Positions 44,177 to 53,857 of a DNA stretch of 64,000 nucleotides are shown here, piece by piece. Numbering within the stretch: the stretch's first letter is position 1; each line of letters opens with the position of its first letter. The translations under genes were made by a program, and so were the position numbers. A model generated the notes under the pieces. That model saw only the letters and a program-made list of their open reading frames with translations, had not been told where the DNA came from and did no database searches. The DNA comes from an uncultured bacterium. Its GTDB lineage: Bacteria; Oederibacteriota; PGYV01; CAWJRG01. The stretch lies in assembly GCA_963845185.1 (NCBI GenBank), contig CAWJRG010000010.1:64001-128000 (forward strand), given 5' to 3'.

Positions 44177-46466
44177 GGCTGCTTATCTTTTATTATCTAT
44201 CGCACTTTTTTTTACGGGATTTTTTGTTTATTTAAAAACCCTTTGCCCCACCGTGTATTTCGGGGACTCCGGCGAACTTATTGCCATGATACACACACTC
44301 GGCTTTCCACATCCTACCGGCTTCCCTCTTTATATACTGCTGGGTAAACTATTTTCCTTTGCCCCTTTGGCAAATATTGGTTTCAGGATTAACTTATTAT
44401 CCGCTGTTTTCGGTGCTTTAACTCCCTGCTTTATTTTCCTCTGTCTTTTAATCCTCGCCAAGGACGAGGCTGAACTGCCTTTAAAAATATTACCCGCGTT
44501 TGTCGCGTCCCTAATTTTTATATTCGCTTATACACCATGGTCGCAGGCTGCCGCGGCAAGAATATACACGTTAAACGGCTTTTTCTGTTGCCTGTCCTTT
44601 TTCTTATTTTTGTATTATCTCGAAATAAAAGACGACTTCAGGTTTCTTTGCCTCCTGGCTCTTGCGACCGGACTGGGTTTTGGACTTCATTTAAGCTTCA
44701 TTTTGCAGTCTGCTGTGCTGTGGGCTTACCTGCTTATAAAAAAATTCCAGGAGGTAAAAAAACATGCGGCATGGCTGGTGTTTTTTTTCGCAACGGGTTT
44801 GTCTGTTTATCTTTACCTTACTATCCGTGGCTCCTCCGACATAATGCTGCAGTGGCAGCGTTTGAGCTCATTTAAGGATTTCTTCGACTACATCACCCAA
44901 AAAAATTATAAAAGAAAAATGTTTACCCGCAACAGCGCGGCTTATTCTACATACTTTTCTTATCTCAAAACCGTTATTCTCAGGGAATTCTCTGTCCTGG
45001 GTTTTGCAGTTTTTATAGCCGGAATCATTATTGCGGCAGTAAAAAAATTCAAATATACCTTCCTTTTCGTCTTGCTTTATCTGTTAAATATAATCCTGCT
45101 GGCTGTTTATGGGGAATACGCAGACATGAAGCTTGCTTTCAGGTATTTTATCCCGTCTTATCTTGTGGCTGTCTTTTTCATTTTTATCGCCCTGTCTTTT
45201 TTTAATCACGCGGCTAAAAATAAAATTACGTCGCTATCCGCGATTGCAGCCCTGGCGCTGTTAACAATAGTTTTAATGATTAAAGCAAACTATTATTGCA
45301 ACGATAAGTCTTTTGATTACATCGCTTATTATTATCCATATAACATTTTAAAAAGTACGGGCGAGAAAGCGTATCTTTTTACAAACGGCGACAATCAAAT
45401 TTACCCCTTTGCTTACATAAGATTCGTCGAAGAAAGGGCTAAAGACCTCGTCATATTCGACTATTCCAATACTATTTTTAAGGATGATACGGTATTGCGT
45501 AAAGAAACCAGAAGCGATAATACTAACGATAATGTGCTTGCCTGTTTTAACAAAAAATTTGAGCCTGTTTTTCTGACCACAATGGCTCCTGCACCGGCTT
45601 TTTTTCAGGCATCGTCAGGCCTTGTTTATAAAGCCTCTCAAAAGGAACTGCCTGATATTTTATATCCATGGCAGCTCTTTTCACTGAAAGGCATAATTTG
45701 GGATAAAGTATTCAACGAATTCGAGGAAAGAGAAGTTGTTGGAAACTACCTGTTTAGGCTTGGCTGGTATTATAAAGCTCTTGGTAAACAGGCTGTGTAC
45801 TCTTACCTGCTGGAAAAAGCAATTGAAGTGGCTTATGATTCTTTGCCGGTTATAGGCAACGTGGCAGTTTCTTATGTGGAAGATAAGGATTTTAGCGCCG
45901 GTAAAGCCCTTTTCGAGAAAGCCCTGCTGTTATCCCCTGAAAATGAAATTATACTTTTTAACCTGGCCGGACTGCATGCTTCCATGGGCGATTTCAGCAC
46001 CGCTGCCGATTATTATAACAGGGTCGTTGAAATTGACCCTGCCAATTCTCAGGCAAAAGAATATCTGTTAAAGGCTGTACAAATGATCCATCAACTGCAG
46101 TCCCAGCAGGCAGTTACAGAATATTCAAATAAAAACTTTAGCGAAGGTGTAGCCCTGTTAAACGCAAAAAAGTACCTGGCAGCCATAGGTTCCTTCGAAC
46201 GCGACATAACGCAGAATCCCAAACTGGCCAGGTCTTACTTCAATATAGGCCTTTGCTATTCCTATCTTAAGCAGATAAACAAAGCCGTCCCCTATTACGA
46301 AAAAGCCCTTTTGATTGAACCAAAAAATATAAATACACTTAACAATTTGGGTTTATGCTACGGAATGTTAAAACAAAACAAAAAAGCAAAAGAGTTTTTT
46401 ACTGAGTCCCTGGAAATTGACCCCAACCAGCCGAGGATAAAGGATATACTTTCCAAAATAAAATAA
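44163..46466 (+). CDS. DUF2723/TMEM260-like GT-C membrane glycosyltransferase with C-terminal TPRs
   Basis: PTVYFGDSGEL...GFPHPTGFPLY, RINLLSA, YLYLTIR and GDNQIYP motifs, many TMs, TPR repeats. Confidence 0.85.
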   Translation: MKTDKAAYLLLSIALFFTGFFVYLKTLCPTVYFGDSGELIAMIHTLGFPHPTGFPLYILLGKLFSFAPLANIGFRINLLSAVFGALTPCFIFLCLLILAKDEAELPLKILPAFVASLIFIFAYTPWSQAAAARIYTLNGFFCCLSFFLFLYYLEIKDDFRFLCLLALATGLGFGLHLSFILQSAVLWAYLLIKKFQEVKKHAAWLVFFFATGLSVYLYLTIRGSSDIMLQWQRLSSFKDFFDYITQKNYKRKMFTRNSAAYSTYFSYLKTVILREFSVLGFAVFIAGIIIAAVKKFKYTFLFVLLYLLNIILLAVYGEYADMKLAFRYFIPSYLVAVFFIFIALSFFNHAAKNKITSLSAIAALALLTIVLMIKANYYCNDKSFDYIAYYYPYNILKSTGEKAYLFTNGDNQIYPFAYIRFVEERAKDLVIFDYSNTIFKDDTVLRKETRSDNTNDNVLACFNKKFEPVFLTTMAPAPAFFQASSGLVYKASQKELPDILYPWQLFSLKGIIWDKVFNEFEEREVVGNYLFRLGWYYKALGKQAVYSYLLEKAIEVAYDSLPVIGNVAVSYVEDKDFSAGKALFEKALLLSPENEIILFNLAGLHASMGDFSTAADYYNRVVEIDPANSQAKEYLLKAVQMIHQLQSQQAVTEYSNKNFSEGVALLNAKKYLAAIGSFERDITQNPKLARSYFNIGLCYSYLKQINKAVPYYEKALLIEPKNINTLNNLGLCYGMLKQNKKAKEFFTESLEIDPNQPRIKDILSKIK

Positions 46467-46552
46467 ATTTCCCGTCTTGCGCAAAATCAGTATTATTTCC
46501 GGCTTCTAAACCAGCCATTCGATGTTGGCATGGTTAGAATCTGCATTGCCTA

Positions 46553-48157
46553 TTATTCTAAAGAACCTATTTCTTCAATTTCTTCCTGATGTATTTTTTC
46601 TTCTTCGCTTGCTAAGAAAATCTTACTTTTTCCTGGTAGTAATAATGCAACAGGTATAGTTATAAGCATAATAATTCCTCCAATTATAAAAGCGTCTTGA
46701 AACGATAAAACAGAGGCCGCCAACGAAATATTTTTTACAGCCAGATATTTTGATATTAATGCTGACTGTGAGTAAGAAAATCCAAGATTATGAATATGAT
46801 AGGCAAAATTCCTTACGCCGCTATTAAATATTGGCGTCCCGCTTCCAAATAGATCACCGACAACTGAAAGATGATAGTGAGACCTATTTGAGAGAACCGT
46901 GCCAAAAATGGCAATTCCGATTGTTCCGCCCACCTGTTGAATTATGCTGTTCATCGAAGAAGCCATGCTGATTTTGTCTTTAGGCACCGAATTCATTATC
47001 GCGGTCATAATAGGTGCCAGAATTAGCACTACTCCAAAACTTCTGATGATTGTCGGTTGTATAAGTCCCCACTGGCTTGTATTTATATCAACACAGCTGT
47101 ATTCAAACATAAAATACGCGGTGATTAGCAGGCCGCATACCGACATAAATCTGGATGAGAATTTATCCCCAAGGCTGTACAAAGCTGGAACGAATACCGC
47201 CATCGCCAGTGAACCTGGAAGTAATAACAGGCCGCTTTGCATGGCACTGAATCCCATCTCCTGCTGGACAAAAAGCGGTATTAAAAACATTCCACCATAA
47301 AGCCCTACAGAACGGGCTGCGGTTATTATTAAACATGATGAAAACACGGGTATTTTAAACAGCTTCAAATCCATTATTTGATAATCTATGTTTGTTTCAA
47401 CCAGTATAAATCCAATAAAACTTATTATTGCGGTTATTGCGCAGGAAATAATAAATGTAGATGTCCATCCTGTTTTTTCACCTTTTGATAGTCCCAATAA
47501 TATTGATACTAGGAATAATGAAAGAAACAAAAAACCCCAAATATCAAACAGCCTCTTTATAATCGTTTGTGGCTCATCATTTTTAAGAAGTTCTATAGCC
47601 GCCACAAACACAATGATTCCAATTGGCAAATTGACAAGAAAAATGGAACGCCAGCCAAAGACATTTGTAAGATAACCGCCTAATGTCGGACCTGAAGCCG
47701 GGCCTAATAATGCTCCCATTCCGTAAATTCCCATTGCTTTTCCGCGTTCTTTTACCGGAAAAGCATCGGTTATCATTGCAAGCCCTATTGGAATTAATGC
47801 TCCACCACCAAGCGCCTGGATAACGCGCGATAGTATTAATGCTGGCAAATTCCATGATATACTGCAAAGTAATGATCCGACTGTAAATAATAAGAGAGCA
47901 ATAAGGTAGACGTTTTTATATCCCATTCTGTCTTTTAGCCATGCGGTTAGTGGCATTAATACCGCAAAAGCAAGCATATAACCGGTAATTACCCATTCTA
48001 TATCATCTACACCCGAGCCAAAATCAGCCATTATTGCCGGTATGGATACATTTACAACGCTGCTGTCAATTGCAGCCATTAGTGTGCCTACCATAACAAT
48101 TCCAACAACATTCCACTTATAATTTTGTGAATGCTGTTCTTGTTTAATCCTTTGCAT
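46553..48157 (-). CDS. DHA2-family (EmrB/QacA) efflux permease
   Basis: IDSSVVNVSIP, WVITGYML, GPTLGGYL and WRSIFLVNLPIG motifs. Confidence 0.93.
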   Translation of the reverse strand: MQRIKQEQHSQNYKWNVVGIVMVGTLMAAIDSSVVNVSIPAIMADFGSGVDDIEWVITGYMLAFAVLMPLTAWLKDRMGYKNVYLIALLLFTVGSLLCSISWNLPALILSRVIQALGGGALIPIGLAMITDAFPVKERGKAMGIYGMGALLGPASGPTLGGYLTNVFGWRSIFLVNLPIGIIVFVAAIELLKNDEPQTIIKRLFDIWGFLFLSLFLVSILLGLSKGEKTGWTSTFIISCAITAIISFIGFILVETNIDYQIMDLKLFKIPVFSSCLIITAARSVGLYGGMFLIPLFVQQEMGFSAMQSGLLLLPGSLAMAVFVPALYSLGDKFSSRFMSVCGLLITAYFMFEYSCVDINTSQWGLIQPTIIRSFGVVLILAPIMTAIMNSVPKDKISMASSMNSIIQQVGGTIGIAIFGTVLSNRSHYHLSVVGDLFGSGTPIFNSGVRNFAYHIHNLGFSYSQSALISKYLAVKNISLAASVLSFQDAFIIGGIIMLITIPVALLLPGKSKIFLASEEEKIHQEEIEEIGSLE

Positions 48158-48181
48158 TTAATTCACCAGCAATTTTTGTGA

Positions 48182-49021
48182 TTATCTAACTTTTATTTTT
48201 ATTTTGGCTGATTGCCCCACTCGAAGTACGTGTCCTGTAGATGAAATAAGCTCAATTTTTATCGGTATGCGCTGCTCAACTTTAATGAAATTTCCAGAAG
48301 CATTATCTGAAGGGATAATAGCAAAAACAGATGCCGTTGCATTACGAACATCTATAACTTTGCCTTCTAAGACTCCTCCATCATCCATAAACACCTTTAC
48401 TGGCTGACCGATTTTTATAATTGGAATTGATTTTTCATTTACATTTGCAGAAATCCATGCGTTCTCTATGTCGGCGAGTGTTGCAATGACTTGATTTGTT
48501 TCAACCACATTACCAACTTCTGCTGTCTTTTGTATTATTATTCCATCAACAAGACTTTTGATATATGTCCTGTCAAGTGCAATCTGTGCAAGTTTAAAAT
48601 CCATTTCAGCGGTTACAGCATCGGAAAACAATCTATCAAATTGCTGTTTACTAATTCCCTGCGCTGCAAGTAAAGCTTTTGCTCTTTTCAAATCTGTTGC
48701 TGTAAGTTTGGCTTTTGTTTTTGCTTTCTCATACTGTGCCTGCGCTATGCCGTGGTCAAGTTCTACAAGAATTGAATCTTTTGCTATTTTATCGCCTTCT
48801 TTAAATTTAACTGCAATTATTTGTCCGTTTGCGCCAAGATTTGCTACACGAACAATATTTGAGTCAACTCGTGCATCCTCAGTTGAAATATATGGCATAA
48901 TGTTGAGAAACCAAAAAATGAAACCAGCCCCAAATAAAATGATTATAATTGTAATCGAGATTACAGCATTTCGTGTTTCCCACCAATTTTTTCGTTTATT
49001 TACGTTTTCTTTTCTTTCCAT
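48182..49021 (-). CDS. HlyD/EmrA-family membrane fusion protein
   Basis: ISTEDARV, WISANVNE and IPSDNASGNFIKVEQRIPIKI motifs. Confidence 0.93.
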   Translation of the reverse strand: MERKENVNKRKNWWETRNAVISITIIIILFGAGFIFWFLNIMPYISTEDARVDSNIVRVANLGANGQIIAVKFKEGDKIAKDSILVELDHGIAQAQYEKAKTKAKLTATDLKRAKALLAAQGISKQQFDRLFSDAVTAEMDFKLAQIALDRTYIKSLVDGIIIQKTAEVGNVVETNQVIATLADIENAWISANVNEKSIPIIKIGQPVKVFMDDGGVLEGKVIDVRNATASVFAIIPSDNASGNFIKVEQRIPIKIELISSTGHVLRVGQSAKIKIKVR

Positions 49022-49183
49022 TTTTGTTCTCCTTTTTTAGACGTTTCCCAGTATATTTCCACAACGATTCCCACAACAATATTTCTAATTGCAAATAAAT
49101 CTCGCTTATTATTATCGCGATTGTTTTTTGAAACGCGTATTTTTTCATAAGGCTTTTAACTGATTTTGTTTATCTAATGTATT

Positions 49184-49639
49184 TCAAATAATTTCATTAA
49201 TAATTTTCTTTAATTTTTCAAAAGAAATTAAGATGTTTTTCAATTCATCAATATTGGTTTTACTTATAACAGCTGACAAAATCTCATTTCTCAGCTCTTT
49301 TCCGCGCTTATATGAATGTAATAAAGATATTTTAACTTTTCTTCTGTTATTTAATATAATTTCTTTTGAGACAATTCCCATTTTTACAAGACTATCAACT
49401 ATTTTTGAGACTGTGCCTTTTGACAGCTCAACTTTTTTACCAAGTTCGCCTAATGACAATGTTCCGCTTCGGTTTAATTCCATCAGTACAACAAGCTGAG
49501 GAGGCCTTAACCCAAATTTCTCCGCTTTTCTAAATATCAATAATTGAAATCTATTTTGCAAATAATGCAGGGTAGTATGTATTTTGAACATGTAATGATT
49601 TACATCATCCTCAGCCAGCACTTCCCTATTCTTCTTCAT
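49184..49639 (-). CDS. MarR-family transcriptional regulator
   Basis: GLRPPQ..VL..L, LSKGTVSKIVDSL..G and NRR.V.ISL motifs. Confidence 0.9.
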   Translation of the reverse strand: MKKNREVLAEDDVNHYMFKIHTTLHYLQNRFQLLIFRKAEKFGLRPPQLVVLMELNRSGTLSLGELGKKVELSKGTVSKIVDSLVKMGIVSKEIILNNRRKVKISLLHSYKRGKELRNEILSAVISKTNIDELKNILISFEKLKKIINEII

Positions 49640-49665
49640 TTTTCACCTCTAATTATGTAGTCTTT

Positions 49666-49721
49666 TGTTTCTATTCAAACTGTTTCAATAGAAACATATC
49701 ATATGATTTAATCAATGTCAA
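49666..49721 (-). promoter_or_regulatory. Probable MarR operator palindrome overlapping the marR-emrAB promoter
   Basis: TGTTTCTATTCAAAC-T-GTTTCAATAGAAACA (49666-49696). Minus-strand TTGACA at 49716-49721 with -10 TATGTT at 17-bp spacing, overlapping the palindrome. Confidence 0.7.
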
Positions 49722-50029
49722 GTTGAAATTTCAAAATAATGCGTGTACTCATATTTATATAAATACAGGGGCAGAGTTATTTTATCCCTGCCCCTTTTTC
49801 GTGCCTTAATACGCTCTTAAAACCCAAAATTCAATCGTAAATGAAAACATTTGGGGCAAGAGGCCTTTTTGTTTGCCAACCTGCCCCTTTTCGCCTGTAG
49901 AAACAAATCAGATTTGGAATGGTTTTTTAAGGGTAAATCTGATAATCCTTGAAGTGGTTCTGTTGTTTGACGTTAGAGAATGGCTGGCATTAGTATTACA
50001 TACAAATTGCCAATATTATAATCCTATCA

Positions 50030-50611
50030 CTACATATTTATCAGCTTTATAAAACCTTTCCTTATCATCATTACGGCAATTGCAGCCAGTAACAACGCCA
50101 TAATCCTTGACAGAGCGCCGGCGCCGGCTTTGCCCATTATTTTTATTACCCCGCCTGAAAAAGAAAAAATAAGCGCTGCAAACGAGACATTCAGGATTAC
50201 TGATATTATTGTTGCCGGCACTCCGTATTGGTCGACAATAATAAGGCATGTAGTAAGCACTGCCGGGCCCACTATAAGCGGGGTTCCAAGTGGTACTGCT
50301 CCAAGCTCTTCAGGCGCAATGCCTTTTTGTTTTCCCGGCTGGATAAGGTCCATAATCGCGATGCAGAACAATATGGCACCTCCCGCCACCATAAAATCAC
50401 CTACTGTTATACCGAGTATCGAAAACAGCCATTTTCCTACAAGTATAAAAACGAGAGCCAGCGATATTGCGGTCCATAAAGACTGGAATATTGCTTTTCT
50501 TCTTTCTTTCGCGCTCAATTTGTTCGTTAGGGAAATAAAAAGCGGCAGCACGCCTATGGCATCCACTGCCACAAAAACCGGTATAAAAGCCAGTAATATA
50601 TTTTTTATCAT
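50030..50611 (-). CDS. MarC-family membrane protein
   Basis: VAVDAIG, FMVAGGAIL, VPLGTPLIVGP and RIMALLLAAIAV motifs. Confidence 0.93.
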   Translation of the reverse strand: MIKNILLAFIPVFVAVDAIGVLPLFISLTNKLSAKERRKAIFQSLWTAISLALVFILVGKWLFSILGITVGDFMVAGGAILFCIAIMDLIQPGKQKGIAPEELGAVPLGTPLIVGPAVLTTCLIIVDQYGVPATIISVILNVSFAALIFSFSGGVIKIMGKAGAGALSRIMALLLAAIAVMMIRKGFIKLINM

Positions 50612-50661
50612 GTAAATTTCCTCCTATACAATTTTTTATATTATCTTTTTGCTTTTCTTAA

Positions 50662-52983
50662 TTATTTTTCGCCTATATATTCCATGCTGTCAACATATAT
50701 ATACGCATCGCTTGCTTCTTTATCCTTTGCCTCTGCAACTACAAGTTTAACACTGTGCCGTCCAGCCGCAAGCTTTTCTTTACGGTACAACTGGGCACGG
50801 TAAATTGTTTTTGCGTGGTATGTGCCAATTGTCCCCTGTTTGACATTATCAATATAAATATCTGCCTTGCCGCAGTTTGGGCCAATCCTTCCGGTAATAA
50901 TTACACCTGTGCCGTTGAATGCAAATTCCATTGTTGCGCCTGCTGCATTGCTCTTGTGCACGCCGCGGCAAAAATCCATCCAGTTCCCATCCTCGTTTTC
51001 CCATGTTCCGGTATATTTAATACTGCTATCTTTATCATCGTATTTGACTGCCACAACAGGCGTAGATTCGTCAATCTTTTCTATTTTTAAATCCTTAAAG
51101 CAAACTCCTGTGTAATTGCAGCCCAAAGCAGCCTGGCCCGAACCATACGTTGAATCCATTGTTTGCGCGACCTGCGTTCCGTCAATATATGCCGTAATTG
51201 TGTTTTCATTCATAGCTACGCTAATCTTGTGCCATTTATCCGGCGCAAACACCGGTATTGTTCCCGAAGCAAAATCAAATATTTCTCCAAATAGGCATTT
51301 CCTGAAAACCCATCCGCCTCCTGACGAAAGCTTTATCTGGTAACCTGATGGCCCTGTGTCCGAATCCCTGTCGTGCAGGACTCCCCTGCCTGATATCAAT
51401 GCCTCACCATTATTGCCCAAAAGCACGTCAACACTTGCTTTATAATTTACCCATCTCTGGTCGCCTATCAAAGTATAAGGGTCTCGCTTTGACTGCTTTC
51501 CCCACCATTCTATTGGAGGCACAGTTATTGCCTGTTGCAGGCATGTGTTGCCGTTTACATCAACTGTTTCAAACGCACCAGCCTGGTCATAAAAATATTT
51601 CGGCGGTTTGTCCTGCTCATAATAGGAAAAATCATCTGCGTAAGGAAGGTTTAAAGCTTTGTCATCTGGAATTTTATATCCTGCGCCGCCTTTTTTCTGG
51701 CCAATTGTTGTTGTCAGCGAATATATGGCCTGCGGCTGTGCTGCTATTGTGAATTTTCCTTTTGCAGGCACAATGTCTTTTATTTTTATAAACTGTTCTT
51801 TTCCCGTTGTCCTCCAGACGTGCAAAACTCCCTGCGACAACTTAGCGCCGATATTAAAAACATAATCTCTTGCGCTGCTGCTGTTATTTATTATGATGAC
51901 ACTGTAATCATTTGTATCAGGGCTGCGCAGCGTAAGGTAATACTCATTTTCCGAGGCAGAGCCGCAGCCACTGTCCAAAAATCTCCAGCCCGGTTTTGCG
52001 AACTGCGTAAAATGGGCTGTCATCCAGAGCGACGGGTGCACAGTATAATGCCCCGACCATGGCGTATTCGCTGTCAATATGCCCTTGCAATTGTATTTTA
52101 TGCTGTCATACACGCAGTCAAGCCCTGGCTGAAAAAGCAACCTTGTCATTTTCCCGTCAACATACTGTTTTGCGTTATTCACGGCTACAAGCATCAGGCG
52201 TTTCCATATCCCGCGCATCGGCGTGTCTGCCTCATCATTATATAGAGGCAGGCCGCTTGACTGTGCCGCAGCCGTGCTGTCAGTCGTATAATGGCAGTTT
52301 ATTGCTTTCAAGGATTTCTTCAATCCCTCGTCATTTTCCAGCATGTCCGCAATGTCCCAATTCAGTCCGTCCCTTGCCACAAGGCTTACATAAGAATACC
52401 CGCCTGAGTCAAGTGCCGGCCTTAATATATTCACGGCCCAGTCCCTGTCAAACGCACCTTCGTTCTCATCAGGGCTCAAGTAATCAAGAGGCGTCTTGTT
52501 TTGCGCCATTGCGCTTAAATAGCCGAGATAATACTTTTTCTTTGCGTCTTCGGAAAGCGATGCCCAAAAAGGCATTCCCCACCGCCCAGCCGCAAACTTT
52601 ATTTCCAGATTGCGGCTTTTTGCCTGGCTGCAAATCCAAAAATTAACTCCTCTTGCAACAGGCACTTCGTCTTCAGAGCGCTGGGTGCATGGCTCAGTGC
52701 CGCTTGAAGTGTTCGAGTCAGAACCTATTTCATTTTTTACTATGGTGAAGCCTGCCCCGAAATCCGGCTTAAATAAAAGGTCCAGTATTTCCTGCTGCTG
52801 TTTTTTTGGATAGTCCCGAAGGAGTTTTGACGTGCCGCTGCTGTTTACCATGCCTATGCCTTCGAAAACGCGGCCGCCAGAATTCCCGTCAATATTCACG
52901 GTTGTCGTAGCACCAAGGCCTGGAATTAAAAACATTGCCAGCGCTGATATTGTGATAAACCCCTTTAATATTTTATTTTCCAC
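50662..52983 (-). CDS. Secreted GH59 (galactosylceramidase-like) glycoside hydrolase with C-terminal jelly-roll domains
   Basis: FEGIG...GTSKLLRDYP..Q.EILD.LF, EIGSDSN...GTEP, ANTPWSGHY and HFTQFAKPGW motifs. Confidence 0.85.
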   Translation of the reverse strand: MENKILKGFITISALAMFLIPGLGATTTVNIDGNSGGRVFEGIGMVNSSGTSKLLRDYPKKQQQEILDLLFKPDFGAGFTIVKNEIGSDSNTSSGTEPCTQRSEDEVPVARGVNFWICSQAKSRNLEIKFAAGRWGMPFWASLSEDAKKKYYLGYLSAMAQNKTPLDYLSPDENEGAFDRDWAVNILRPALDSGGYSYVSLVARDGLNWDIADMLENDEGLKKSLKAINCHYTTDSTAAAQSSGLPLYNDEADTPMRGIWKRLMLVAVNNAKQYVDGKMTRLLFQPGLDCVYDSIKYNCKGILTANTPWSGHYTVHPSLWMTAHFTQFAKPGWRFLDSGCGSASENEYYLTLRSPDTNDYSVIIINNSSSARDYVFNIGAKLSQGVLHVWRTTGKEQFIKIKDIVPAKGKFTIAAQPQAIYSLTTTIGQKKGGAGYKIPDDKALNLPYADDFSYYEQDKPPKYFYDQAGAFETVDVNGNTCLQQAITVPPIEWWGKQSKRDPYTLIGDQRWVNYKASVDVLLGNNGEALISGRGVLHDRDSDTGPSGYQIKLSSGGGWVFRKCLFGEIFDFASGTIPVFAPDKWHKISVAMNENTITAYIDGTQVAQTMDSTYGSGQAALGCNYTGVCFKDLKIEKIDESTPVVAVKYDDKDSSIKYTGTWENEDGNWMDFCRGVHKSNAAGATMEFAFNGTGVIITGRIGPNCGKADIYIDNVKQGTIGTYHAKTIYRAQLYRKEKLAAGRHSVKLVVAEAKDKEASDAYIYVDSMEYIGEK

Positions 52984-53028
52984 ACAAATTCCTTTCCTGT
53001 TTCGTATTATATGTAATCTGCTGTATTA

Positions 53029-53703
53029 TTAATGAAATTTTTCTATTATAATAGGCTCTGATGGATTTGAATTGTCTATTGCGATATCCGCAAGACTCAC
53101 GGGATTAACCCTGTCCAGGTATATCTTCTGCCCGGGTATGTATCTTTTCATATATCTTCCCCTTACCTTATCCGCATCCCCAAAAAGTTGCAGGTCCCTT
53201 TTCACTGCGCGATCGAGCACGGTGGAAAAATCAACATCCAGCCAGATTTTATAGTCCCAGAAACCCTGCAGTTCCAGCCGCATAAGGAAAACACCATCAA
53301 AAATTAGGATACAATTTTCAGGAGCAATTTTGAATTTTTCATGAATTACTTTTTCGATTTTGAAATCATAAACAGCCGTTATGTATTTATTGCCTCCTCC
53401 CGGTCCCAGCGGTTTGAGTAATTTATTTATAATAGCGTCATAGTTAAAAGATTTCAGATAGTACCCTTCGGGCGAATCTTTTCCCATTTCATACCTGGTT
53501 TTTGCCGGATTGTGGAAACCGTCAATCGACGCCCGTATCACGTTTTTGTTTTTGCTTTGTATGCATTGTCCTAATTCTTCAGCAAACATGGTTTTGCCTG
53601 CGCAATCTACGCCGTCAACGGCAACTCTTATAACATGATTGCTTTGAATTTTTATTATTCTGCTGGAAATTTCTTCCAGCATCTCAAATCTTTTCATAAT
53701 CAT
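53029..53703 (-). CDS. Uridine kinase-like P-loop protein
   Basis: VAVDGVDCAGKT, ASIDGFHNP, IFDGVFL and RYIPGQ.IY motifs. Confidence 0.85.
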   Translation of the reverse strand: MIMKRFEMLEEISSRIIKIQSNHVIRVAVDGVDCAGKTMFAEELGQCIQSKNKNVIRASIDGFHNPAKTRYEMGKDSPEGYYLKSFNYDAIINKLLKPLGPGGGNKYITAVYDFKIEKVIHEKFKIAPENCILIFDGVFLMRLELQGFWDYKIWLDVDFSTVLDRAVKRDLQLFGDADKVRGRYMKRYIPGQKIYLDRVNPVSLADIAIDNSNPSEPIIIEKFH

Positions 53704-53857
53704 CTCCTTTGGATTTTATTATATGTAAATATAATATGCCGTCAATACAAACTTGGGATTTAGGGTTGCCTGCCAGGGGTTCTCCCCTCAACAAAGGGGA
53801 AACTAAGTGGTTTGCGGTGCGGGTAAGGGGGGGTATTTTAACCAGTATGGTATATTT

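Noticed and set aside
48996..49148. Possible 50-aa ORF between marR and the emrA-like gene
   Set aside because: No clear RBS or motif, and it overlaps the emrA-like start; it cannot be supported.
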